From contig OZ244042.1 of NCBI GenBank assembly GCA_965215015.1, positions 3,520,001-3,584,000 of the forward strand: a stretch of DNA of 64,000 bases, given 5' to 3'. The notes beneath the pieces were generated by a model, which made no database searches, was not told the origin of the DNA, and worked only from the letters and a program-made list of their open reading frames with translations. The position numbers were made by a program, and so were the translations under genes. Positions 20,569 through 31,019 of the stretch are shown here, one piece after another. Numbering within the stretch: the stretch's first letter is position 1; every line of letters starts with the position of its first letter. This DNA comes from Candidatus Poribacteria bacterium. Lineage in GTDB: Bacteria > Poribacteria > WGA-4E > PCPOR2b.

Positions 20569-21771
20569 ATGGCAAATTTAGCGATCAACGGCGGCACACC
20601 CGTTCGGACCGAACCGTATCCCTCTTGGCCCACCTTTGACGATAACGACCTCAAAAGTTTTGAAGCGGTCTATCGGAGTGGGAAATGGGGCACCGGCGGG
20701 GCACGGGTTCCTGAGTTTGAGGAGCGTTTCGCTCAATTTCAAGACGCAAAATATGGTGTCTGTGTGAATAGCGGTACGGCGGCACTATTCGTCGCGCTCA
20801 AGGCTGCAGGTGTCGAACTTGGCGATGAAGTTATCACAACGCCGTACACGTTCCAAGCGACGGTGGTGTCAATTCTGATGGCGAATGGAACGCCGGTTTT
20901 TGTGGATACGCTCCCCGACGGTTTTAACATTAATCCATCGAAAATCGAAGCGGCGATCACACCGAATACCAAGGCTGTCCTACCGGTTCATATTGCGGGT
21001 TATCCTGCCGATATGGATGGGATTTTGGAAGTTGCTGAACGAAATGACCTCGCTGTGGTTGAGGATTGTGCCCAGGCACACGGCGCAGAGTGGCGGGACA
21101 GAGGGGTCGGCGGTTGGGGGCATCTCGGTTGCTTTAGCTTTCAATCCTCCAAGAACCTCTGTGCAGGCGAAGGCGGTATTGTTCTGACCAATGATCGAAA
21201 ACTGTATGAACGGGCGTGGGCGATTCATAACTGTGGACGTTCTCTATCTGAGTCTCAGTTTGAGACGGAGCCGTTCGGCGGGAATTTCCGGATGACGGAG
21301 TGGCAGGGCGGGTTGCTCCTCTCGCGTCTTGAGCGGCTGAATGGCGAGATCAACCTACGCAATACAAATATGCGAGCTCTGGATGCCGGACTCGGCGAGA
21401 TTCCCGGCATCAAGGTGGTGCCGCTCGATTCACGCGCAACCCGTGGTGGTTGTCACGGTTATAAAGCGATTTTCGATTCAGAGGAGTTTGCGGCCATCTC
21501 CCGCGAAACGTTCCTCAAAGCAATGCGTGCAGAGGGGGTTCCAATGGGGCATTGGTACACGACGCCGATGTATCGAGAACCGTTTATGGGATCGGGACTC
21601 TTGAGCCCGAAACCTGACTATTTGAATGTCTCCTGCCCAGAGACGGAAAAGCTGTGTACAAACGGTTTGGCACTCAGTCAGAGCATTCTGATGGGCACTG
21701 AGGAGGATATGGCGGATATCGTTACGGCAGCGACAAAGATCCGTCGCTATGTGGGAGAGTTGAAGTTGTGA
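20569..21771 (+). CDS. DegT/DnrJ/EryC1/StrS family PLP-dependent aminotransferase
   Basis: LAINGG, NSGTAAL, EDCAQAHGA, FSFQSSKNL (PLP lysine), GEGG, NFRMTEWQ; AAGGAG RBS. Confidence 0.93.
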   Translation: MANLAINGGTPVRTEPYPSWPTFDDNDLKSFEAVYRSGKWGTGGARVPEFEERFAQFQDAKYGVCVNSGTAALFVALKAAGVELGDEVITTPYTFQATVVSILMANGTPVFVDTLPDGFNINPSKIEAAITPNTKAVLPVHIAGYPADMDGILEVAERNDLAVVEDCAQAHGAEWRDRGVGGWGHLGCFSFQSSKNLCAGEGGIVLTNDRKLYERAWAIHNCGRSLSESQFETEPFGGNFRMTEWQGGLLLSRLERLNGEINLRNTNMRALDAGLGEIPGIKVVPLDSRATRGGCHGYKAIFDSEEFAAISRETFLKAMRAEGVPMGHWYTTPMYREPFMGSGLLSPKPDYLNVSCPETEKLCTNGLALSQSILMGTEEDMADIVTAATKIRRYVGELKL

Positions 21772-22007
21772 AGCCATGCAACTAGCGGATAAAGGGAGTG
21801 TTTACGTATAAGTTAGGTAAAGTGACCGACTGATATCCGTCAAAGTCCGTAGGGGTGGTTAAAGTAGGGATACCCCTACTTCAGTGGGAGAAGCATCGTG
21901 GCAGCGATGCACCGTCTGCAAAGACACTAGAAACCGAGTTTTTGTCAAAAACTCGGTTTCTTTATTCTGCTATCTATACTCTCCGAAGAAAAACAAACAG
22001 ACGCGCA

Positions 22008-22526
22008 ATGCACCAAGAACTCACCTACAAGCTCGCTCAATGTTGTTCACCAGAGGCGGGGGCGGACATCATTGGATATTTTAAGGAAGATGGCACGGTT
22101 GCTGTCCACCGGTCCGATTGCGCTTCCGTCCAGTACCTGCGTCTTGAGCGACTTCTTGAGGTGACATGGGATGAAATCCACGCAGCGGAAGCATCCACCG
22201 ATATAGAAACAAAAGATCCGACATTTGATCAACTGGATGAGGTGGATTACCTCATCCTGAAACACCATCAGGAATTTGGGTTAGACTATTCGATTGTTGT
22301 CTCTGAGGTGCTCGGTCTGCCTCTTGAGGAGATCCGTAAACGCCATCAGAAGTTGCGGAAATTGGGGGGCTTGAAGCGTGTGGAGCGGCGGATGATTCAG
22401 TACCGCAAGAACATTGTGAAGGGGAAGTGGATCAAACACCGCAACCATACCTACTATGAATTGACGCCCATAGGGGATCGGTGGGTACGCGCGTTTGAGG
22501 AGAAGACAGCGACAATTGCCTTGTAG
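22008..22526 (+). CDS. RelA/SpoT zinc-finger (CC/RIS)-like domain fused to DUF2250-like winged helix
   Basis: YKLAQCCSP...IIGY...AVHRSDC...LEVTW; LKH..GLDY...LPLEE...KHRNHTYYELT. Confidence 0.7.
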   Translation: MHQELTYKLAQCCSPEAGADIIGYFKEDGTVAVHRSDCASVQYLRLERLLEVTWDEIHAAEASTDIETKDPTFDQLDEVDYLILKHHQEFGLDYSIVVSEVLGLPLEEIRKRHQKLRKLGGLKRVERRMIQYRKNIVKGKWIKHRNHTYYELTPIGDRWVRAFEEKTATIAL

Positions 22527-22570
22527 AATCTGTGAAACGCGGCACAACGGAATCGTCCTAGGAGACTGGA

Positions 22571-23941
22571 TTGCAACAAAAAGTAGAAATTCGGGGTGTA
22601 AAAGGAGGGGTAACGGGACCCGGTGGCTATCGCGAGGTCTGGCTGTTAGCATATCCGATTGTTATCACGATGTTATCGCGGACAGCGATGATGTTCGTGG
22701 ATGCGGCGATGGTCGGACGTTTGGGCGCGACAGAATTAGCAGCTGTCGGATTGGCAGGAATATTGACATGGACATTATTCTCCTTTTTTCAAGGATTTTT
22801 GGGTAGTGTCAACACCTTCGTTGCACAACGTTATGGAGCGGGGAATCGGCAGGGCGTCACCGTTGCGGCGTGGCAAGGGATTTATCTCGCACTTGGTTCG
22901 TATCTCGTCATACTCCTGATTAATCTATTCACAGAGCCTGCGTTTGCTCTGATGAAACCGTCTCTAGAGGTTCAACGTCTGGCGGGCACCTATACGCAAA
23001 TTCGGTTATACGGTGGGATTACTGTCTTTATCTCTTTTGGGATGGCAAGCTTTTTACGGGGCATCGGTGATACAAAGACACCGATGCGGATTGAGATTGT
23101 CGCCAATCTGGTCAACCTCCTCCTCGACTATCTGCTGATCTTTGGAAAATTGGGTTGTCCAAGGCTTGAAGTCGTTGGTGCTGCGGTTGCCACGTTGATT
23201 GCGGGTGTGGTCGCAGCCGTTTGTTATCTTGTTGTTTTCCTCTCACAGAAGTCGGATCAGGCGTTCCAAACCCGATCTCATTTCCGGCTTGATTTCGGGG
23301 ACCTCCGCCGCATTCTGCGGATTGGCTTACCGATGGGCGTGCACAATTTGATGGATTTGGGGAGCTTTACGGTGTTTGTCGCCTTAGTTGGACGCATGGG
23401 CGATATTGCGCTTGCAGCGAATAATGCTGGGGTTACTTTGATTTCTACATCGTTTATGCCGCTATATGGGATTTCTATGGCAGCAATGACGCTGGTTGGG
23501 CATTATATCGGATCAGGGCAACTTCATTATGCCCGCAGAAGTGGCTATACGGCGATAAAGTTGGGGGTTGTGTATACCTTCTTCGTTGCCATTGCGTTTT
23601 TTTTAGTACCGGAATTTTTAATCTCGCTGGTGACACCGGATGCGGAGGTTATTCGTCTCGGAACGCGGCTCCTGTTTTTCGCGGCACTCTTTCAACTTTC
23701 TGACGGATTCGGCATCTGTGCATCAGGCGCGCTCAAGGGAGCCGGCGATACCTTTTTCACAATGTGTATTGGCATTGGCTATGCGTGGCTGCTCTTTCTT
23801 CCGCTAGCATACATTTTGGGATTTTGGTTGGGATATGGGGTGCCTGGCGCGTGGTGCGGCGCAACAATCTATATTATTTTGGCGGGTATAACCTATTTCC
23901 TTCGTTTTCGCAGCGACCGGTGGGAACGAATTCGGATTTAA
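22571..23941 (+). CDS. MATE family efflux transporter
   Basis: LAYP, DAAMVGRLG, AQRYGA, LRGIGDT, GAGDT; multiple TM segments; start uncertain. Confidence 0.92.
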   Translation: MQQKVEIRGVKGGVTGPGGYREVWLLAYPIVITMLSRTAMMFVDAAMVGRLGATELAAVGLAGILTWTLFSFFQGFLGSVNTFVAQRYGAGNRQGVTVAAWQGIYLALGSYLVILLINLFTEPAFALMKPSLEVQRLAGTYTQIRLYGGITVFISFGMASFLRGIGDTKTPMRIEIVANLVNLLLDYLLIFGKLGCPRLEVVGAAVATLIAGVVAAVCYLVVFLSQKSDQAFQTRSHFRLDFGDLRRILRIGLPMGVHNLMDLGSFTVFVALVGRMGDIALAANNAGVTLISTSFMPLYGISMAAMTLVGHYIGSGQLHYARRSGYTAIKLGVVYTFFVAIAFFLVPEFLISLVTPDAEVIRLGTRLLFFAALFQLSDGFGICASGALKGAGDTFFTMCIGIGYAWLLFLPLAYILGFWLGYGVPGAWCGATIYIILAGITYFLRFRSDRWERIRI

Positions 23942-24010
23942 TCGTTGATTCTAATACTGTGTCTTGACGATGTTATAACCTTCATACATATCAATGGGAG
24001 GGATGGACAA

Positions 24011-25213
24011 ATGCTTCAACGATATACAGAATCTAACAAAATTCGGCGGCGGTCGGCGATACTGGCCGCTTTAATTTTGCACCTGATTATTGGAATCCTT
24101 TATGTTTTGAGACCGGACAGTGAGGACTTCAAAGATAGGGACCGTATCACGGTTGAGTGGGTGAAAGAGCCTCCGAGACCCGAGATGAAAACAATCAAGA
24201 CCAAGCCGCCGCTGAAGATGCAAATTCGTAAGCTTGATGAAGATTTGGCTCGCAGATCGAAAGAAAAGATTCTTGAATCCTCACGCCACAAACTGACAGA
24301 AGTTGCCCGCCTCAGTCAACGGATTGTACGCGAGAATCTCGACGTGACCACAGCACCACTCACTGAGAAGCTGCCGGAGGTAATGACAGATGTGGACTTA
24401 CGGGAATCGGAAAGGTCGGATATTGGGCGTCCTGTTTCGCTTCGAGCGGATGGTCAGGGCAAAGTGACAGGACGGATGCGGGTGCGCGGTCAACGCAGTG
24501 GCCTTGATATGGTTGATTCCTTGGGGGATTCAAAAGATGGATTGATTGGTGGAGGTGGGTCCCCAGGTATGCTGAAAAAGTTGGGGAAAGTAAAAGACAA
24601 ATTGGGTATCATTGAATTCATCGAAGAAGCGGAGGGGGCCCAACAGGTTGTCTTCTGCCTTGATGTCTCGGCAAGTATGCAGGCGGCTGGACTAAGAAAA
24701 CTGGAATTGGCAGTTGAGGCGATCAAGGAAGCGTTGTCTTCGCTTAACGCGGATGATTCTTTCAATATCATTACCTTTGCAGCGAACGCCAAGATGGGGA
24801 AGCGTAAGCTGGCACCGGTAACAGAGAAGAATATTGAAACAGTATCGAAGTATCTGGATCGGTTTACGCCCGAAGGGATTGCAAATAACCAGGGAACGAA
24901 CCTCCTCGAAACTATTGAAACGGCACTTGAGATCAATCCGTCAATTATCGTGTTGGTCACCGACGGTTTACCCACGACAGGTCCCAATCAAAATATTGAA
25001 ATAGATTCGACAAAAATTCTGGAAACCGTCAAGGCGAAAAATGTGAATGGCGCAAGCATCTATATCGTGGCACTTGAGATAGATCTGGAGCTTTCGCCTG
25101 GTGCTGCCCTCCTTGTTGATCTGGTTGATCAAAACAGCGGAGAGATCAAAGTCGTTGATTACAATCAGCTCGTAAAATATGCAAAGGAGGACTTGAGTAC
25201 ACAGAACTTTTGA
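24011..25213 (+). CDS. Membrane-anchored vWA domain protein
   Basis: N-terminal TM (ILAALILHLIIGILYVL); CLDVSASM MIDAS, GTN, VTDGLP. Confidence 0.8.
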   Translation: MLQRYTESNKIRRRSAILAALILHLIIGILYVLRPDSEDFKDRDRITVEWVKEPPRPEMKTIKTKPPLKMQIRKLDEDLARRSKEKILESSRHKLTEVARLSQRIVRENLDVTTAPLTEKLPEVMTDVDLRESERSDIGRPVSLRADGQGKVTGRMRVRGQRSGLDMVDSLGDSKDGLIGGGGSPGMLKKLGKVKDKLGIIEFIEEAEGAQQVVFCLDVSASMQAAGLRKLELAVEAIKEALSSLNADDSFNIITFAANAKMGKRKLAPVTEKNIETVSKYLDRFTPEGIANNQGTNLLETIETALEINPSIIVLVTDGLPTTGPNQNIEIDSTKILETVKAKNVNGASIYIVALEIDLELSPGAALLVDLVDQNSGEIKVVDYNQLVKYAKEDLSTQNF

Positions 25214-25364
25214 TGACGGATCTGTGAACAGTCTCGGCACCATTAAGATGGGAGAACGGAAAGCGTGAAACGTGATGCGTAAACGGTTAGTCCATTAGTT
25301 CAGGGGGTCATTGGTTTATTAAGTCCTATCGGGGCGGCAGAGGACAGCTTGGGTTAGAATAGGG

Positions 25365-25393
25365 TTGACAGTCTCTTTGTGATTCCATATAAT
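25365..25393 (+). promoter_or_regulatory. Consensus sigma70 promoter upstream of the BMP/ABC genes
   Basis: TTGACA(25365-70)-17 nt-TATAAT(25388-93). Confidence 0.75.
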
Positions 25394-25478
25394 TTGCACT
25401 GATTTAAGTTGAGTTGCAGACAACATGCGTTGTCCTGTACGCAGGAATTTTTCGTAAACTCTAACTCATTAGATTGAC

Positions 25479-25660
25479 GGTCATGTGAAGAAATCGTGCA
25501 AAGCCCCCGAGTTTTGCTGCTCCCCTCTAATCCCCCGCAAGCGGGGGAGGGGCAGTTTCAAATACCAATCGTGTTGGACTCTCGTGTTTGGTGAATTGAG
25601 CCAAGATGGTTGCGCGATGTTCCGGGTATCTTTGCTCTGCACTTTCTTTTGACATGAACC
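25479..25660. mobile_element. MITE-like element, family A
   Basis: Imperfect terminal IRs GGTCATGTGAAGAAATCGTGCA / TGCACTTTCTTTTGACATGAACC; internal CCCCCGCAAGCGGGGG hairpin. Confidence 0.65.
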
Positions 25661-25684
25661 TAAATTGATTGTTGAGGTGTTTTT

Positions 25685-26674
25685 ATGTTTAAAAAAAATT
25701 GGATTATTTTTGGTTTACTCGTTCTCTTGTTTGGATTTACTAGCGGTACAACCGATGCAGCGAAGTTCAAAGTTGCCTTATTGACGCCCGGTTCAATCAG
25801 CGATGCTGGATGGAACGCGCTGGCTTATGAAGGGCTCAAGCGTATTGAAAAGGAATTGGGAGTCGAGGTCAGCCATGTCGAAAGCAAAACCCCATCGCAG
25901 TGGGAGGAACATTTTCGATTCTATGCGAGTAAGGGGTACGGTCTAGTCTTTGGACACGGATTTGAGTATCAAGAACCCGCAAAAGCAGTCGCGCCCGATT
26001 TCCCGGATACAGTGTTTATCGCAACCTCCGGGAATACGGTTTTGGATAATGTGGCGTCAATTGTTTTCGAGCTTGAGGAGGCAACATATCTGCTAGGGGT
26101 CATTGCCGGCACAATGACCCAAACAGGCAAGATTGGGCTTATTGGTGGCATGAACATCCCACCAATCAACAGCACCTTTCACGCCTTTGAAGAAGGGGCG
26201 AAATCTGTCAATCCAAATATCAAAGTTTCCCGTTCCTACGTCGGAGATTGGGAGAACATCGGAAAAGCGAAGGAGTTAACATTGTCCCAAATTACGGAAG
26301 GGGTTGATTTCATCTTCCACAACGCGGATGCTGCTGGGCGTGGGGTTTTCCATGCTGTCGAAGAGAGTCGCAAAGTCGGTCAGGACATTTACGCTTTCGG
26401 TTCAAATCTAGATCAGAACGACATCGCCCCCGATGCGATACTTGCCAGTGCCGCCATTGATACCAAGGCCTTTGTATATGCTGCCGATTTGGTACAGACT
26501 GGCAAATTTGAACCTCGAGTGATGTGGATGGGGATGTCGTTTAATGAGACTGTGAAGTTGGTGTACAATCCGAAACTAAAAGATCGCATCCCGGAAGATC
26601 TCCTCGCTAAAGTTGAGAAGATTCGTCAGGATATTCTCGCCGGTAAGTTTAAGGCACCTCGCGTGAAATTTTAG
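25685..26674 (+). CDS. BMP-family ABC transporter substrate-binding protein (nucleoside type)
   Basis: Signal peptide; SISDAGWNALAYEG, GHGFEY, HNADAAGRG. Confidence 0.9.
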   Translation: MFKKNWIIFGLLVLLFGFTSGTTDAAKFKVALLTPGSISDAGWNALAYEGLKRIEKELGVEVSHVESKTPSQWEEHFRFYASKGYGLVFGHGFEYQEPAKAVAPDFPDTVFIATSGNTVLDNVASIVFELEEATYLLGVIAGTMTQTGKIGLIGGMNIPPINSTFHAFEEGAKSVNPNIKVSRSYVGDWENIGKAKELTLSQITEGVDFIFHNADAAGRGVFHAVEESRKVGQDIYAFGSNLDQNDIAPDAILASAAIDTKAFVYAADLVQTGKFEPRVMWMGMSFNETVKLVYNPKLKDRIPEDLLAKVEKIRQDILAGKFKAPRVKF

Positions 26675-26695
26675 GAACAAAGGGGAATTCAGCCA

Positions 26696-28249
26696 TTGGC
26701 ATCACCCGCACTTGAACTGCACGGCATCATCAAAGCATTCGGGAACAATCTCGCCGTGGATCGCGTGGACTTCGCATTGGAACGAGGAGAGATTCATACC
26801 TTACTCGGCGAAAACGGGGCGGGTAAATCCACACTGGTGAACCTAATCTACGGCTTGTATCAACCCGACGCCGGGGCAATTCTGATCGATGGCAAGCCGA
26901 GCGTTGTCGATTCGCCAAAGACGGCGATTGCCCTGGGGTTGGGCATGGTGCATCAGCACTTTATGCTGGTGCCTTCGTTAAGCGTGGCTGAAAATATTGC
27001 CCTCACTTCTGAACGTGGCAAATTCCGGTTCCGGCGGAACGAAGCGGAGGAAAACGTTCAACAGCTTTCCACCCGTTACGGTCTGTCCATCTCACCGCAC
27101 ATGAAGGTCTGGCAGCTTTCGGTTGGGTTTCAGCAGCGGGTTGAGATTCTCAAGGCACTTTCAGCGGAGGCGCGAATCCTTATCCTTGATGAGCCGACTG
27201 CGGTCTTGTCTCCACAAGAGATCGTGGAACTGTTTACCATCCTGCGTCGTCTCAAGTCCGATGGGCATTCGATTATCTTCATTAGCCATAAGCTGAAGGA
27301 GGTAATGGAAATCAGCGATCGGATTACCGTGTTACGTCGCGGCAAAAGTGTCGCGACGACGAAGGTTGCTGACACCTCGTCCACCCATTTAGCGAAACAG
27401 ATGGTCGGACACGAGTTGCCGCAGATTCGGCGAAGCACACAAGTGCCCGGCCCGCCAATCCTTGAAATCCGCGATTTAACTGTTACAGATCATCAGGGCC
27501 GGACAATTGTTGATGGTCCTTCGTTTGATGTTTGCGCCGGTGAAATCGTAGGCATCGCTGGCATTGACGGTAATGGACAGATTGAGCTTGCCGAGACAAT
27601 TGTTGGACGCCGCAGGTCCCAGAACGGTGCCATCCGCTTTAATGGACAATCAATCGTCAATCTTCCGACGAGCAAAAGCCGTCAATTGGGATATGGCTAT
27701 ATCCCCGAAGACCGACAGGCTGCTGGGCTCATCCTGAGTTTCACAATCGCGGAGAATCTGATTCTCAACGTTCATCGACTCAAGGGGTATCGGTCGAAGC
27801 TCTTGAAAGATTGGGGGGCGTTTTTAGATCTTAAACGGATTGACGCTGATAGCGAGGGGCTTATCCGAAATTATGACGTGCGAACGCCCCACACACATGC
27901 ACCGGCGAGGTCATTATCCGGGGGCAACCAGCAAAAGGTTGTTATCGCACGGGAGCTCTCACAAGAGCCAGAACTGTTGCTGGCTGTCAATCCGACCCGT
28001 GGGTTGGACATCGGTGCCGCCGACTACACACATCAGCAGTTTCTTGAGCAACGTCGGCAGCAACGCGCTGTCTTGTTAATCTCAACGGAACTTGATGAGG
28101 TTTTGGCACTGAGTGACCGAATCTTTGTCATGTATAGAGGCAGATTAACTGAAGCAACGGAGTTTCGGGATGACCGGTCCAAAATCGGATTGTTGATGAC
28201 AGGGAATTGGCAAAATGAATTGCAAAATGTGAAACGCAGCGCGGATTGA
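26696..28249 (+). CDS. Nucleoside/sugar ABC transporter ATP-binding protein (two ABC domains)
   Basis: GENGAGKST, VHQHFML, ILDEPTAVL, LSGGNQQK, PTRGLD; TTG start. Confidence 0.93.
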   Translation: MASPALELHGIIKAFGNNLAVDRVDFALERGEIHTLLGENGAGKSTLVNLIYGLYQPDAGAILIDGKPSVVDSPKTAIALGLGMVHQHFMLVPSLSVAENIALTSERGKFRFRRNEAEENVQQLSTRYGLSISPHMKVWQLSVGFQQRVEILKALSAEARILILDEPTAVLSPQEIVELFTILRRLKSDGHSIIFISHKLKEVMEISDRITVLRRGKSVATTKVADTSSTHLAKQMVGHELPQIRRSTQVPGPPILEIRDLTVTDHQGRTIVDGPSFDVCAGEIVGIAGIDGNGQIELAETIVGRRRSQNGAIRFNGQSIVNLPTSKSRQLGYGYIPEDRQAAGLILSFTIAENLILNVHRLKGYRSKLLKDWGAFLDLKRIDADSEGLIRNYDVRTPHTHAPARSLSGGNQQKVVIARELSQEPELLLAVNPTRGLDIGAADYTHQQFLEQRRQQRAVLLISTELDEVLALSDRIFVMYRGRLTEATEFRDDRSKIGLLMTGNWQNELQNVKRSAD

Positions 28250-28286
28250 CCGAGATTTACAGGATATTGATAGGAGAAATGTCTAA

Positions 28287-28958
28287 GTGTTACCAACACA
28301 GAAGGTAGCTCGTAAAAAAAGAGAAATACAAGCATTTGGGTGGGCGCTACGGTTGAGCGCATTTACGATTGGCTATAATTTCGTAGAGGGGACAGTTTCA
28401 ACCTTGCTAGGATTTCAAGACGAAACGCTCGCACTTTTGGGTTTTGGGGTAGATAGCTTTATTGAGGTCATTTCAGCAATTGGTATCGCTCATATGATTA
28501 CTCGAATCCACCGTTTCCCAGATGTATCACGGGATAGATTTGAAATCACTGCGCTACGTATTACGGGAAGCTGTTTCTATCTGCTAACAGCAGGGCTTGT
28601 TATTACTGCGGTTTTCAATATCGTTCAAGGGCATCAACCTGAAACAACCTTCTGGGGGATTGTCATTTCAGCGATTTCAATTATCACCATGTGGATTCTA
28701 ATCGTTTTGAAGATGAAGGTTGGAAAACAATTAGATTCTCAACCCATCATCGCTGACGCGAAATGCACGAAGGTATGTCTTTACATGTCGTTTCTCCTAT
28801 TAGCATCAAGCTTCATCTATGAACTGACGCACTTAGGTTACTTAGATAGTATAGCTGCTTTGGGAATTGCCTATTTTTCAGCAAAGGAAGGAAAAGAAGC
28901 ATTTGAAAAGGCACAAGGTAAAGCCTCGTGCAGTGATTGTGAAGAGGATGAGATGTGA
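28287..28958 (+). CDS. Short CDF-like cation transporter membrane protein
   Basis: YNFVEG, GFGVDSFIE, ADAKCT, DSIAAL; C-terminal CSDC. Confidence 0.75.
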   Translation: MLPTQKVARKKREIQAFGWALRLSAFTIGYNFVEGTVSTLLGFQDETLALLGFGVDSFIEVISAIGIAHMITRIHRFPDVSRDRFEITALRITGSCFYLLTAGLVITAVFNIVQGHQPETTFWGIVISAISIITMWILIVLKMKVGKQLDSQPIIADAKCTKVCLYMSFLLLASSFIYELTHLGYLDSIAALGIAYFSAKEGKEAFEKAQGKASCSDCEEDEM

Positions 28959-29188
28959 TGGCTACTCTGCTGCCAAAATCTGTAACCTTTTTAGTAGGAA
29001 ACACCGATCGTTGTTCCTTACACTAAACCGAGTGCCCACGGTTTAGCGGGTCCCAAGTAAACCGTTGTGCTAACGGAATCAGAATTTGTAGTAGAGCAAT
29101 TCATAGACTGTCCAAACAGAGATTAAATTCCTTACACGGGCGGGGTGCCCCCGCACCTATGCTGCAGTGCGTAAGTTCTATCTCTGGA

Positions 29189-30193
29189 TCAAGTGGTCTT
29201 GTCTGTCAAGAATCGGCGGAACCATTCGACCATCCACTCAAAATATTCGATAAGAAAACGGTGATTGCCCTCCGGCTGATAAACCTTGAATCGTTCTGGG
29301 TGCCCCAATGATGCGTAGACCTGTCCCACAACCTGAATCAGTTCATCGACTCCCTTGCGGGGCATGTCCTCGTCTTGAGTGGGTGCCACCATCATGAACG
29401 GACGTGGCGGCATACACGCAGCGACAACCTCCGGATGGTCAAAATAGCGAAGCATGTGGGGGACAAAGAAGTAGGCACTGTGGCGTCGGATGTCCCCTTC
29501 ATGGATAAGGCTTGCTATGCGTCCGACGCCGCCGCAGATTGGCACACCCACTCGAATCCAAGGCGCAGCTGCCATCGCATACCACGTTGCATTCCCACCG
29601 AGCGACATACCGGTGATCCCGATGCTATCGGAATTGACCCCGTCGCTTGTTGCGAGGATACGTGCTGCTCTCAATGTTTCTTCGACAAGGATTCCCATCT
29701 GTGGGCGGCCATAAGGCGTGAGGAGTTTTCCTTCAAGATTCCAACTTTCGACGCTCGGGCGTCGGGTGACGCTCCCTTTGGGTGAAATCGCCAACGTCAC
29801 AAAGCCGCGTCGTGCCAGTTCACGCGCCCAACCGATCAGCGAACCGGGTGGGGCTTCCATCCGATAAAACTGCCGATCGGCAACTTTCTCGGCAGAACCG
29901 CCCGTTCCGGGTATGCAGACGATGCCGGGCATTTTCTGACTTGACGCATTGAGTGGTGTTATGATAATCCCCGGAACCGTTTCGCCGAGCGAGTTTGCGT
30001 AGGTCAACTGCGTAACCCGGAGCTCCTCCTGTCCGCGCCAAGGGTCCAAAACCTGCGTTGTTCCCTCCGTGAAGTCAACCTCTTTAGGAATCTCATCCAA
30101 TCCCAGCAGCTCTAACAGTTTTGAACGCACCGCGTCTTTTGGAATATGCACCGGGAAAGCCGGTCGGATGTCCTTTGGAATAATTTCAGACAT
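29189..30193 (-). CDS. Alpha/beta hydrolase (dienelactone hydrolase/acetylxylan esterase-like)
   Basis: GMSLGG nucleophile elbow, DED, GNH. Confidence 0.82.
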   Translation of the reverse strand: MSEIIPKDIRPAFPVHIPKDAVRSKLLELLGLDEIPKEVDFTEGTTQVLDPWRGQEELRVTQLTYANSLGETVPGIIITPLNASSQKMPGIVCIPGTGGSAEKVADRQFYRMEAPPGSLIGWARELARRGFVTLAISPKGSVTRRPSVESWNLEGKLLTPYGRPQMGILVEETLRAARILATSDGVNSDSIGITGMSLGGNATWYAMAAAPWIRVGVPICGGVGRIASLIHEGDIRRHSAYFFVPHMLRYFDHPEVVAACMPPRPFMMVAPTQDEDMPRKGVDELIQVVGQVYASLGHPERFKVYQPEGNHRFLIEYFEWMVEWFRRFLTDKTT

Positions 30194-30275
30194 TCACCTG
30201 CTCCAGTTCCAATCAGCAATTCTCAACATAGAATAACTCAGGTTCCCATCCGTCGCCCTGCATCCGCTTAGGTTC

Positions 30276-31019
30276 TTACTTCAGTCGGAGAATCTCACGT
30301 TGTGCCTCTGACAGGCCATCCATGACGCGGTCGCTAAAGATTAAGCCTTGACCACCCCAATCGGGCATGTAGCCGATACTGTAGCAGTAATAAATGGTGC
30401 GCCGCGGACGTTTTGAGGTGTTTACCACCGAGCCGTGTGTCAAGGCTTCAGTAAAAATAATGGCGTCCCCTGCCTTGGCGGGGATAGGCGTCAATACCGG
30501 ATTTTCGTCGGGATGGTTGCCCCAGGGCCTGAGGAAGTTGCTCTTGTGTGCCCCCGGAATCACAGCGAAGCATCCGTCCTCGACATCACAATCCAGCATT
30601 GGAAATACAGCTTTGGTCAGCGTTGAAACCATTTGACTGTTGCGACAATGGTACTGACATTTGGGGATGATTGGGGTACCTTGCATGTGTAGCCCTGTAT
30701 AACCGCCACCCCATCGGTAGATTGTATAGGTATGGTTGAGTCGGTAAGGTCCACCGGTCACGCCTTCAATCACCTCCAACACCTCGGGAAGGTCAATCAA
30801 CGGATTGAAAATGGGGTCGGCTTCGAGGATATTGGAGATGTAGAGCTCCATTTCTGTCTTGGGTGTGCCGAGGCAGAGTGGCGGCGGATAGTCTTCTGGC
30901 GGCATGTCTTCAAGGGGATCTAATGCCTTGTTACACGCTTCTACCACGGATTGAGGCACCACATTTTCCAAAACAATGTAGCCTTGTAGGTCAAATAGAT
31001 ATTTTTGTTCTTCTGTCAA
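30276..31019 (-). CDS. PhyH family dioxygenase
   Basis: QKYLFDLQGY, IPGAHKSN, AGDAIIFTEALTHGS; GGAGG RBS before TTG. Confidence 0.88.
   Translation of the reverse strand: MTEEQKYLFDLQGYIVLENVVPQSVVEACNKALDPLEDMPPEDYPPPLCLGTPKTEMELYISNILEADPIFNPLIDLPEVLEVIEGVTGGPYRLNHTYTIYRWGGGYTGLHMQGTPIIPKCQYHCRNSQMVSTLTKAVFPMLDCDVEDGCFAVIPGAHKSNFLRPWGNHPDENPVLTPIPAKAGDAIIFTEALTHGSVVNTSKRPRRTIYYCYSIGYMPDWGGQGLIFSDRVMDGLSEAQREILRLK

Noticed and set aside
25394-25684. Purine/nucleoside riboswitch in the BMP leader
   Set aside because: No recognisable aptamer consensus; most structure is explained by the MITE-like element
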